Shown piece by piece: positions 11,811-22,123 of a stretch of DNA of 64,000 nt. The position numbers were made by a program, and so were the translations under genes. The notes beneath the pieces are model-generated. The model was given only the letters and a program-made list of their open reading frames with translations, had not been told where the DNA came from and did not search any database. The stretch covers positions 2,170,001-2,234,000 of the forward strand of contig OZ251232.1 of NCBI GenBank assembly GCA_965240325.2, written 5' to 3'. Positions within the stretch are counted from its first letter, which is position 1. Each line of letters begins with the position of its first letter. The stretch is from Rebecca billardiae RCC1528. Lineage: Eukaryota; Protista; Haptophyta.

Positions 11811-13262
11811 CTCGTCGTCGTCGTCGACGTATGAGCAATCTGTCTCGCTGCCCTCGTCCTCGTCCTCGTCGCTCCCGCAGAAGTGCTCCTCGACTTCGCG
11901 CCCGCTGAGCACCTCGGAGCAGCGCCAGCAGAAGTCGGAGGCGCAGCGCAGGCAGCGCATGTGCGTGCAGCCGCCGTCCTTCTCCATCCACACGGCGCAC
12001 ACGGGGCAGCGCTTCCACCGGTTCTGCTCGACCCAGTCCGGCGGCAGCGCGACATCGGCCGACGCGTCGCGCAGCCCCGCGCGCAGCCGCGCGACGTCCG
12101 GCGGCTCGAGCACGCGCGTGAGCGGCTCGAGCGTGAGCACGGTCTCGCAGCCCGGCTGCGGGCAGCGTACGGCGATCGAGCCCTCGCGTACGCGCAGCGC
12201 GGCGTACTGCCGGTAGCACTCGAGGCAAAAGTGCTTCGCGTGGCACAGGTACGTCTCGTCGTCGTCGTCAAAGTCGTCGTCGTCCTCGTCCGACGGCGCG
12301 TCGCGCGGCGGCAGCAGCCCGCTGCTGCGCTGCGAGTAGGAAGGCGCCTCGTAGCAGACGGTGCACAGGTGCACGCGCTCGTCGTCGGATCCATCGGACG
12401 AGCGCTCGTCGGTGTCCGACTCGTCCGCGCGCTCGCTGTCCTCCGCCGCCTCGTCGTCGTCGTCGTCGTTGTTGTCGTCGCTCACAAGCTCCGTCTCGTC
12501 AGAGTCGGAGTCGCTCACGAGGTTGGGCAGGCTGTCGCTCCCAGAGCTGGCGGCGCTGCCGCCGTCGCGGCGGGCCGCGCGGCGCGCCGCGCGCGTCCGC
12601 GGCCGGCGCGGCACGTGCGCGCGCGGCACGACGTGCACGCGCGCGTACGGCGGCGGATCGCCGGCCTCGCGGGCGGCCCCGGCCGGCAGCGTCGTGTACG
12701 CCGGGTCGCGCAGGTCGTTGAGCATGTCCGCAACCGCCCGCAGCGTCGCGCCGCTCGTCACGCGTAGGTGCGCTACCTGCGCGGCGCCCTGCGCGACGCG
12801 GTGCAAGACGCGGTGCTCTGCGTCTGTGCGGCTCACGCCGCGCACGCTGCGCGCCGCGAGCTCGCCGAGCGCGTGGTCCTGCTCGGCCACCAGCATGTGT
12901 ATCGTGACCGTCTCGCTCGGGCTCACGCGCAGCGCGGGCGCCTCGTCGTCGCGCGCGCGCGCGCCGACGGGTGCGCAGTCGCTCGCGCGGTGCCCGAAAC
13001 GGCCACACTTCCAACAGCGGCCGCGGAAGAAGGGCGCGCGCCGCGGCGCCGGCTCGGGCGGTGGCGCGTCAGACGCCGCGTTCACGATCTGCAGCTCGGC
13101 CCACGCGCGCGCGAGCTCGGCCTGCAGCGCCCCGACGCGCGCCCGCAGATGATTGCGCATGGTCGCGGCTGTCGCGCCTTCCGCGGCCGCCCGCGCCGAC
13201 GGGCGCACGACGAGCGTGGGGCCAGGCTCGACGCTCACGTCGAGGAATCTGGCCTCCGCCAT
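10788..13262 (-). CDS. RBR-type E3 ubiquitin ligase-like protein with CCHC zinc knuckle, RING1 and RING2/Rcat
   Basis: [14 protein letters not shown] knuckle; CTVC...[10 protein letters not shown]...CPQPGC RING; [32 protein letters not shown] Rcat motif; acidic tracts. Start uncertain (13262 or 13160). Confidence 0.8.
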
Positions 13263-13602
13263 GGCCCGGCTCAGCGCGCCGTCTTGGCCCTCGCTCGATG
13301 GCGCCGCCGCGCTCCAGCACGCGGGTGTTGGGCTGGCGGTCGTGGGCGCCTTGCGCGCGCCCCTTCCGCCTTCGCGCCGGCTGGTGAGCACCGGTGCAGT
13401 CTTCGGGAGTCCGGAGAGCAGCGACAGGCCCGCTAGTCCGGTGCTCCGACTCGCGGCCGCTGACGGCGCTGAGTTGCAGAGCCAGCAGGGGGTGAGACGC
13501 AGCGCGCCCAACGCGCGCCGCAGCTGCGGCGCCGAGGCGTTTACTGGCGCGACGCACGAGCGCTGGGACTGGACGGAGGTGCCGAGCGCGTGGTGTTGCT
13601 GC

Positions 13603-15568
13603 ATGCCCGCGCCTGCACGGCGCCCGTCCGTTGCCGAGGAGGCGCCCATGCTCTCGCACGACGCGGGCGGGGACATCGAGCTGCCGTCGCGCGCCGAATC
13701 GGCCGACGAGCTGTCGTCGAGAGGCGCGCCGCCGACTTCGCCCACGGCGGACATCCAGCCGGTGTCCGAGCAGCCGACGAATGGCAGCAGCGCGCGCAAG
13801 GCGGCGGACGGCGCGCACAGCTCCACGCGCAAGAAGAAGCCGAAGGGCTATCTGGAGATTGAGCGAGACGACAGGCCGATCCTAGCGCTGGAGGACGGGA
13901 GCGGCGTGTCGGCGGCGTCGGTGCCGGAGCGGCCCGCGGGCGGGTCGCCGCTGTGGGTGATCGCGGCGAACAACGTGGTGTACATGGCCGCGCCGCTGAG
14001 CCTGCCCGCCACGATGGCGGCGAGCGGCTGGGTGTGGGGCACGCTGATCCTGGGGTACTCGATCGTGAGCACGTACCACTCGGGGCTGCTCCTAGGGGAC
14101 ATCATCGTGCAGCGGCCGCACCTGGACTCGTACCCGAAGGTGGCCGCCGAGGCGTGCGCGGTGTGGGCCACGCGCTACCTCGACACGCGCCTCATCTCCG
14201 TCGACCTCGTCCGCCGCATCGGCTCCGAGCTGATCGTCGTGCTGCAGTTCTGCGCCTACTTTTTCGACTCGGCGGCGCAGATCCTTTTCTGCGCCGAGTA
14301 CTTCGACCAGCTGATGCCGCAGTCGCCGGTGTGCCAGGGGCAGTGGCTGCTGATCACGTGGCTGCTCACGATCCCGCTCATGCAGGTGCGCGCGCCGCGC
14401 ACGCCGCCGCGCGCCGCGCGCCCGCGCACGCGCGCGCGCGCGCGTCCCGCGCCGACGCGCGCGTCCCGCGCCGACGCGCGCGCGCGCGCGCGCGCGCGCG
14501 CTCGCCCCCTGCGCGCTCGGCCCGCGCCGCCGGCCCGCCCAGGCGCCCAACTTTGGCGAGTCGAGCGCGTCGGTGCTGGTGGCCGGGCTCTGCCTGCTAC
14601 TCAACGTGGCGACGTTCCTCGGCGAGGTGCTCACGTACCAGCCGTGGAACTGCGAGCCCGGCCCGCAGTACATCGCGCCGAACGCGCCGCGCGTGTTTGT
14701 CGGCTTCACGGCGTTTGCGTACGCGTTCGGCGGCCACGGTATGTACCCGGAGGAGGTGCGCGAGATGAAGGACCCGCGCGACTGGCCGAAGGTGATGAAG
14801 TTCACGTACGGCACGTGCTCCACCATGTACATCGTCTGCGGCTACCTCGGCTACTTCGCCTACGGCTCCGCCGCGCGCGCCAACCTCAACTCCAACTTCC
14901 CGAACAACGCGCTCAACACGGCCTCGATCGTCGTGCAGCTGGTGGTCACGTACTACTGCATCTACGTCACCTCGCTCGTGATGCTGCTGCACGTGGAGCA
15001 GCACGTGTTCGGCATCGACCCGCGCGTCTCGTGCGGGCAGACGACGCCGCGCACCGCCGCCACGCGCTTCGTCTTCCGCACCGCCTTCGTCGGCCTGCAG
15101 GTGCTGCTCTGCTGGTGCCTGATCGGCGTGAGCGGAGATGTGCTGCTGTCGATGACATCTCTCTCGGGCGCGATCGGGATGACCGCGCTCACGTACATCC
15201 TGCCGTTCGTGCTGCACTGGGTGCTGCACCCGGAGAAGGTGCAGACGCGGCGGATGCGCGCGTGGTACGTGATCAACATCGTCCTCGGCCTCGTCATCAT
15301 GATCGGCGGCACCGTCTCCGGCGTGAACGACCTGCTCGCCGGTTTCATCAAGGTGGCGAGCGGAGAGGACGCTGCCGCGGACGACGCGGCGGACGGCGAC
15401 ATGTGCCACCTCGAGTTCATGTACGCGCCGCAGTCGCCGTGCGACGCGTGCCACGTGAGCGGGCTGCCCGAGGAGTACTACACGCTGCCGAAGGACGCGC
15501 GCCTTCCCGAGCTCTGCGAAACGCTCTTCGACGACGACTTGCGGCGGACCCTGCGGCTGCGACGCTGA
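13603..15568 (+). CDS. Amino-acid transporter (Aa_trans/AAAP family), 2 exons
   Basis: LSLPATMAASGWVWGTLIL, HLDSYP, FAYAFGGHGMYPEEVREMKDP motifs; many TM segments; intron 14386-14542 joins IPLMQ to APNF in frame. Start 13603 or 13648. Confidence 0.9.
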
Positions 15569-15833
15569 GTCGGCGGCTGTGACGCGGCGGACGACTCGGT
15601 GACAGGCGAGCCTGCTCAGCGGCTGGACCGGTGAAGTGCTTCTGCCTACAGGACTCTCCCGGCCGATCGCCTAAGCCTGGTACGTTTTGATTTTAGATAG
15701 GTGAGCTCATGTATCATGATACATTTTTAAATAATAATTCGATATATTTCTCGTCGGAGTTTCTTGTCATAATAGTCATGCCGCAAAGTATTATTAAATT
15801 ATTATTATATATATGACGTTATATATATATATA

Positions 15834-15890
15834 TTAACGACGTGGTATGCAACGGGCAGGCGTCAGAGTCAGCAAGCTGTAGCAGCAGAT
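15834..15890 (-). repeat. Truncated copy of the microsatellite-tailed dispersed repeat
   Basis: Reverse complement of TGACGCCTGCCCGTTGCATACCACGTCGTTAA abutting (TA)n. Confidence 0.7.
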
Positions 15891-16012
15891 CGAGCAGCAG
15901 AGTCTCACTTGCAGAGACAAACACCAGGATCAGCGCTCCTCGCCGTCGTCCCCCCCGGGCCCCCTCGTAGTCGATATATATAGTTATTTTTAAATACGAC
16001 GACTTACCACTA

Positions 16013-18322
16013 TCACTGTAATGGCTGTAGAATGCAATCCAGCAGCGGCGGCATGGGCCGCATGGCGGCTGCATCATGAGTAGTCGGCGTGGGGCTGGGC
16101 GCTGACGACGCCGACAATGACGCTGTTGTCGTTGAATCAGCACCGGGTTCATCCGATGAAGGCAGTGACCCGCCGCCGATTGCAGCGACCCAAGCCTTGC
16201 ACTCAGCAGAGGATGCCAGCTCGTCAGCTGTGACTTCAAGCTGAACCCCATGCGTGTTCCTCGGCCGGACCCGGCCTGCGTCCGACGCGTTGCCGAGGGC
16301 AGGTGCCACGGGTACAGCAGCAGCCGCGTCATCGGAACGACGGCTCGAATACGCAGGCCAGGTCACGGCTCCGCGACCGCTGCTGCGGCTGTCGTAGATC
16401 GCCTGCAGGACTTCTGGGACACCAACCAGGCTGGCGCGCATGTTGAGCCCAGTAGCCACGTCGAAGAGGGTCACGTCCGCCACGCCACGCTCGTATGCGA
16501 CGATGGAGTGGACGTACTCCCGCGAGCGAACGGCTGCATCGCCGTGCTTGGCGCGCAGTCCCGCCAGGGCTCCAAGCTCGGACACGTTGATAGGTGCAGA
16601 GATGCCGAGCAGGTCGAATGAAGGGAATGCTGACCCTGTGCCGCCAGTCCTGCGCGGGCGGCGCACCAGCACGGCCGCAATCGCGTGCGCGTACGCCGCC
16701 GGGGTCGTGTCGTTGCCCTTCATCTTGACACCCCAGAAGGCCTGGGTGTGCGCGAGCGCCCAGAAGATGTCGCCCTCGTCGACGCTCATGCCGTACACGT
16801 ACCGCGAGCTGCCGCGCAGGTGCAGGGCGTCAGGGCGTGGGGGGGCGCGGGCGCCGAACGGCACAGCGTGGCAGCTGCTTTGGTTCACATGCAGCACATG
16901 GAACGGAGCCAGCGAGTACACGGCGTAGATCTCGCCATCCACCACCAGTGATGCCCAATTCTTCTCAGTCTGGCAGCGCGCCCTGCGTGGCGAGCGCAGG
17001 CGGCACGAGCGCAGCCCGCCGGATCTCCCCTCCGCGCCGCCGGCCCCTGCGACGTCGCCCAGCGCGACGAGCGCCATCTCGCGCGAGCTGAGGAGGCCAC
17101 CCGACTCCACGCAGCCCTTCGTCGGCACGTTGGCGAGCGCAAACAGCCGGCCGCCGACCACGTCGAGCCGCGCGTCCTCCGGCCCGTTGAAGAAGCGCCC
17201 CGTCTGCTTGTACGCGAGTGGGACGACGTGCTCGCGTGCCTGCTTCCATCTGCAATCGGAAGCGCGGCACGAGAGCTCGCCCGTGACGAGCGTCGATGCG
17301 ACGATGCGCGCCCAGTGACGGCACGCTTGGGTACACAGCCGCGCGGTGAAGTACTCATGACCGTGCACGAGCACACCGCTCACGAATTGCGCGCCTGTGT
17401 ATCTGGGCGCCGTGCCGTCCGGGAGCGGCGCGGGTGCTTGGGCCACTGCTCTTAGCGCACCGCCCCATACGATAGGTACGGCACGCACCAGCTGAGCGCG
17501 AGGCCGGCCTCCGCAGCGACCAGTCCCTGCAGCGTGTGCCGGCTGTTGATGATGAGAGGATCGCTGGCACACGAGCGGCTGCTGCTGCTGCTGCTGTGCA
17601 GTGGTGGTGGTGGTTGCCACATTGCGCCGGTTGCGGGAGCCGATCGGGTGCGCGGGGGCGGCGGGTCTCGCGATCGAGCCGTCGTGCAGTCCTGGATGCA
17701 ACACCACGTCGCCAAGCGCCGGCGCCTTCCGGAGACACAGCTCCGCCCACGCGCACGTCAACGCGCCCGCGCGCGGGCCGAGCGTTTGCCTGATGCACCC
17801 ACTTCGATGATCAGCGTGGAGCATCGCGCGCGCGAGCTCGAGCCACACGGGGTGTCGCGGCGGCGAGATCAGAATGCTCGAGCGCACTTCGAGCTGGCCA
17901 TCGGCATTCTCGACTGGGATGAAGGCGCTGCCAGCCGCAACGAGTGCGCGCAACGCGGCTGCGTCCACCAGCTGAGCTGACAGCTCAGCGTAGATGCCTC
18001 CGTGCACGTGCATGAGCGCGAATCGGCTGATGTCCCCACGTGAGCGGGCGTCGCCCATGCTGCGCACTGCGTGCGCGAGATGAGGGAACGCCTCGGCAAC
18101 GACGCTTGGGAGACTCGCCGCGCGATGCGTTCTGCAGCTCACGCCAGGGAGCTGCTCGAACGTTGCTGTAGTCGCATTGACGAGAGCGGGGTCACTCTGG
18201 TCAGCCGGAAATGCGGGGTCTGAGTCCGCAAGCACGCGGTGCAGGACAAGGGGCGTCGTGCGCGGCTCGCTCAAAGCTCCATGCGCAATACCGGCAAGCG
18301 CAAACACCACGCTCGCCAGCAT
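16013..18322 (-). CDS. Secreted/Golgi glycosyltransferase-like protein: GT32-like domain plus a GPEDxR/EKNW propeller-type domain
   Basis: Signal-like MLASVVFALAGIAHG; RGDISRFALMHVHGGIYAEL resembles the GT32 RxD.R...GG.Y.D.D motif; GPEDARL and EKNW...VYSLAP resemble GH130/Bmt-like propellers; intronless. Confidence 0.65.
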   Translation of the reverse strand: MLASVVFALAGIAHGALSEPRTTPLVLHRVLADSDPAFPADQSDPALVNATTATFEQLPGVSCRTHRAASLPSVVAEAFPHLAHAVRSMGDARSRGDISRFALMHVHGGIYAELSAQLVDAAALRALVAAGSAFIPVENADGQLEVRSSILISPPRHPVWLELARAMLHADHRSGCIRQTLGPRAGALTCAWAELCLRKAPALGDVVLHPGLHDGSIARPAAPAHPIGSRNRRNVATTTTTAQQQQQQPLVCQRSSHHQQPAHAAGTGRCGGRPRAQLVRAVPIVWGGALRAVAQAPAPLPDGTAPRYTGAQFVSGVLVHGHEYFTARLCTQACRHWARIVASTLVTGELSCRASDCRWKQAREHVVPLAYKQTGRFFNGPEDARLDVVGGRLFALANVPTKGCVESGGLLSSREMALVALGDVAGAGGAEGRSGGLRSCRLRSPRRARCQTEKNWASLVVDGEIYAVYSLAPFHVLHVNQSSCHAVPFGARAPPRPDALHLRGSSRYVYGMSVDEGDIFWALAHTQAFWGVKMKGNDTTPAAYAHAIAAVLVRRPRRTGGTGSAFPSFDLLGISAPINVSELGALAGLRAKHGDAAVRSREYVHSIVAYERGVADVTLFDVATGLNMRASLVGVPEVLQAIYDSRSSGRGAVTWPAYSSRRSDDAAAAVPVAPALGNASDAGRVRPRNTHGVQLEVTADELASSAECKAWVAAIGGGSLPSSDEPGADSTTTASLSASSAPSPTPTTHDAAAMRPMPPLLDCILQPLQ

Positions 18323-18652
18323 GCTAGATAAGCACCTTGACGCTTGATCGCACGCGACGCAAGACTGTTGGCGCGCGGCCTTCTTGACTGAACTCGCTCG
18401 CCGGAATCCGCGCGCCGGACTGTCGCTCGCGCGGAGTCGCGGTGAACCGCCGTCCCTCAGACGAAGCCCACGTCCGGCCTGCATGGCGTCGACGACGGTG
18501 ACCAATGCGACGGAAGCGCAGCGCCAACGGCGTACGACGCGCAGCGGACGCACCTCCCGGGTCTGTCGCCGTGGCAGCAACCGCGTCATCGCGAGTTGGC
18601 GACCCTCGCCGCAGCGCGACACAGACAAGCCCGTGATGCCATCTGCAGAGAG

Positions 18653-19056
18653 ATGAAACGTCGAGCATGCAACATCGCCGCGCCATCCTCGTCCATCGTT
18701 CAGACGCTGCGGGACGAGGCGGACGTCGTCAAGCCGGTGACGGATGAGCTGCGATTCGTGTGCCTGCTCGAGCAGCTTGTGCCCACTCTCAATCGCGAGT
18801 GGCACACGCTGTCGCTGTGCGCGCGCACGCACAACCAACAGCTCATCGTGCCGCCGAACACGCGGGCGCCGGACCTGTCGCACGAGACGAAGAGCGACGA
18901 CCGCGTGAACGTCGACGCGCTCGTGCTCAGCGTGGTGACCCTGCACGACGTCAACGCGACCTTCGCCGAGCCCATCATGCCCGGAACGGACATCGGCATC
19001 CTCGCGATCTCGGTTGGCAGCAGGAGGACATGCCCACGATCTACAGCATCTACTGA
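18653..19056 (+). CDS. Possible small hypothetical protein (appears to need a frameshift near 19000)
   Basis: ATG 18653, G/C third-position bias and globular-looking composition; a neighbouring frame ends DLGWQQEDMPTIYSIY* at 19056. Confidence 0.3.
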
Positions 19057-19089
19057 GTCGTGCATGCGCCGTGGGCGTGTGCATGCGCT

Positions 19090-21342
19090 CACGGCGCATG
19101 CACAGCACATCGATCCCTGCGCCGTGAGCGCGCGGCGCGCGGCACACACGGGGCGCGCTGTCTGTGAGTCTTCACACCGAGGCAGAACGGACCCGCCGCG
19201 CGCGCCCCGTGCACACGCTGGGCAGGAGCAGCAGCAGGCCGGGGGGCGTGAGGTCGCGCCGCGCCACGCGCGCGAGCCAGCCAGCGCGCGAGAAGCGATC
19301 TCGCCCGCGCACCGGCGGTGCCTGCGCGAGATGCAACCTCGCCGAGGCGCGGGGGCGCGGCGCGCACAGAGGTAGGTGTCGGTGGGCTTCAGGTCGTGGA
19401 TGCGTGCGTACAGCTCGACGGCGGAGAGCATCTCGTCGAAAGGGCAGACCTGCGCGTGGCTGACGAACAGATTGGCGCGCGCCACCGCCGGGCAGCCGTC
19501 CGCCGTGCGCCGATCCCTCACCAGCTCCGCCACTGAGCACGGGCCTGCTGGGCCGTTGAACCCGAGCGCGTGCCGAGCGGGCGCCGACATGCTGAGCCGC
19601 TTGGCGAGAATGCCGACCTGGTAGGAGGCGACGCCGGGCGGGACGTGGAGCTCGGACCGCAGCTCGCGCAGGTAGCCCAGCTGCACGCCCAGGAGCAGGT
19701 GCGGCCGCTCTTCCTCAAGCTCGGGCGCCTCGGGCTGCTGGACGGCCGCGGCACCGGCGTTGCTCGACGCCGGCACGATCCTATGCGATCGAGTTGAGAA
19801 GAAGAGCGACCGCCGCGGCGGCGTGCCCTGGGCCGAGGCCGAGGCCTCCGTGCGCTCGGTGGAGGTCACGCTGTAGACCGAGAGGCGAGCCTCACCCGCC
19901 TTGGTCGCGTTCGCGACGCAGCGGCAAAGCCGGCGCACCGCGCGCCACGCGAACGAGCACAGGCGAGCGGCGGCCGCGAGCAGAACGCGCGCGCAGCGCT
20001 CGAGCGGCCCTGGCACCAGCTTCACGCCGAGGGGCGCAAACGTGGAGGCGTGCACGGCGGAGCTCGCGTTGAGCGCGCATGGGAAGACGAAGGTCGCAAC
20101 CAGTTGGAACCATGGGTGCCCCTGCGTGGCGGCTATGCCCGCGCTCGCGAGCAGCGCGACCGCAGACGCTGCGTTGGTGCACGCCATCGAGCGCGTCAGG
20201 CTGCGCACGACGCCAGGCGGCAGAGACGGCAGCACCTTGCGCGCGCGCCAGTGCGTGTGCAGCGAGAGCACGAGGACGAAGAGCGGCAGCAGCACGGAGG
20301 CGGTGAAAAGCTGCAGGTACACAAAGCCATCCGGCGCCGGGAAGAAGTAGCACGCGCCCAGGCCCACGTCGAGCAGCGCGATGGCCGCCACAAACGCCAG
20401 CAGCCGGCGGCGCGCGCGCGGGCTGTGCGCGAGCGTGGGAGACGCGAAGCGCACGCCGTCGACTTCGGCGGAGGGCCAGGCGGCCTGCGCCCAGTAGAGC
20501 AGGAAGAGCGTGCCCGCGACGACGCCGATCGAGATGGAAGCGACGATGAGGAGCTGCCACACCGGGACCGGTAGCCTCCTCGATTGCGCAAGATGAAGCA
20601 CGAGCGCCACAAGCTGAGCGCCAAGCTCGAGCTGCAGCACAGCCTGTGCGATGCCCGGCGACAGCCCGCCGTCCGCGCGCCAGAACGCGTACAGCCGGTT
20701 GGCGATCAGCTCGATGAGCACGAGCGACTGCAAGACGAGCAGCACGTCGCGCACGACCCACGCGGGCGAGAGGCGCACCGTCACCCACACCGTCTCCGAG
20801 CGCGTGAAGCGAGCGTGCACCTCCTGCCCGGCGAGGAGCGCATCGACGAGCGGCCTCGCGCCGCGGTGCGTGACGTCGGCGGCGGGCGGGTGGGGCAGAC
20901 TGCGCGAGTCACCGGGCCAAAAGTGGTAGTAGCGCCACCCCGGCAACGGGTCGAGGCTCGTTTCCGCCGCCGCGCTGTAGATGAGCCAGCCGACTGCGCC
21001 CGCAGCGCCCGCGCCGCGCGCGTTCGACTCGTACGAACAGTGGGAGATTGACGGTCTGTGCCGCAGGACGATGGCGCCGTCGAGCGACTGCGAGCCGACG
21101 TACACGGGCGGGCACGGCCCGTCGTTCCACTCGTCCGAGCGCGTGAGCACCACCCGCGCGCGCACGTCGAACGCGGCGGGCGTGAACGCGAACGGCGCGG
21201 CGAGCAGCTCGGCGCCGCGCAGGTGTGGCGGACCGGCCTCGACGACGAGGCGCGCGCAGGCGGGGCGCGCCGCGAGGAGGAGGACGAGGGCGGCGAAGGG
21301 GCCGGCGGCGCCGCGCGGCGAGCAGCCGCGCCGCTGGAGCAT
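19090..21342 (-). CDS. Signal peptide + PA domain + seven TM helices + start of a TIR-like (FVSHA...WIDxxC) domain; 3' end unresolved
   Basis: PA motif CSYESNARGAGAAGAVGWLIYS; seven hydrophobic segments; ANLFVSHAQ; intron 19367-19117 gives TYL-WIDVLCMR; no convincing continuation beyond ~19090. Confidence 0.65.
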
Positions 21343-22123
21343 AACTTCGAGCGAGCTATTCGCGCGGGGCACGTGCACGATCCCCCCTGAGACCTTTGCT
21401 CCCACCGCGAGATCGGAGAATCCTTGCTCAGTCAATAATTGATGACTCGATGGTCCTACCCCCAAATGTCCATACAGTTTACTAAGAATAAAAGAGACGC
21501 ACACAGCTCAGGCAGGCGACAGTATCATATCACGAATGTACCCATTCTATGATTTAACGACACAGGTCGTAGTACAATTTGGCGCGATATCTTATTATAT
21601 TGCGACAACCCAAAACGCGGTGAAAAACGAGCGGCGACAGACGAATCAGGAGAGCTCTGAGCTGCGCCCTCGTGCCTACTGTGTCTTTTAAAATCATGCG
21701 CATCATAAAATCGGTCATTTTTCATCATAATAATAAACTACGACTCTATCATCTATTATCATTATAAATTATAGATGTGGTCTTCTCGGCCGCCTGAGCT
21801 GCTGTGTGCGCGTCTCTTATAATCATGACGACGAATGAGTATCCCGGCCAGTCGCCGAACCGGCACGGTCAGGCTGGCCAGGGTAGGGCTGGAGGCTTCG
21901 GCCGCCAGTCTGATCACCCGGAGCCCGTTATAAAGGGGAATTTAAAAGGCTTGACGCGCCTACTATGATATATGCCTGCTATCCGGTAACGACTTACCCG
22001 GAATGCCGTGAGCCGTATCTGCCCGTATCATATGACCGTACTCACTCTGGCTCTGCAGCTAACTGGTGCCCCGCCGCAGCATAGTGAGCATGGGGGCGCG
22101 ACGCGCCGGCGCCCTGCCTGGTG

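Noticed and set aside
18323-19147. N-terminal 275 aa of the 1044-aa ORF as part of the glycosyltransferase
   Set aside because: It reads like the antisense of a plus-strand ORF, and a good signal peptide starts at 18322.
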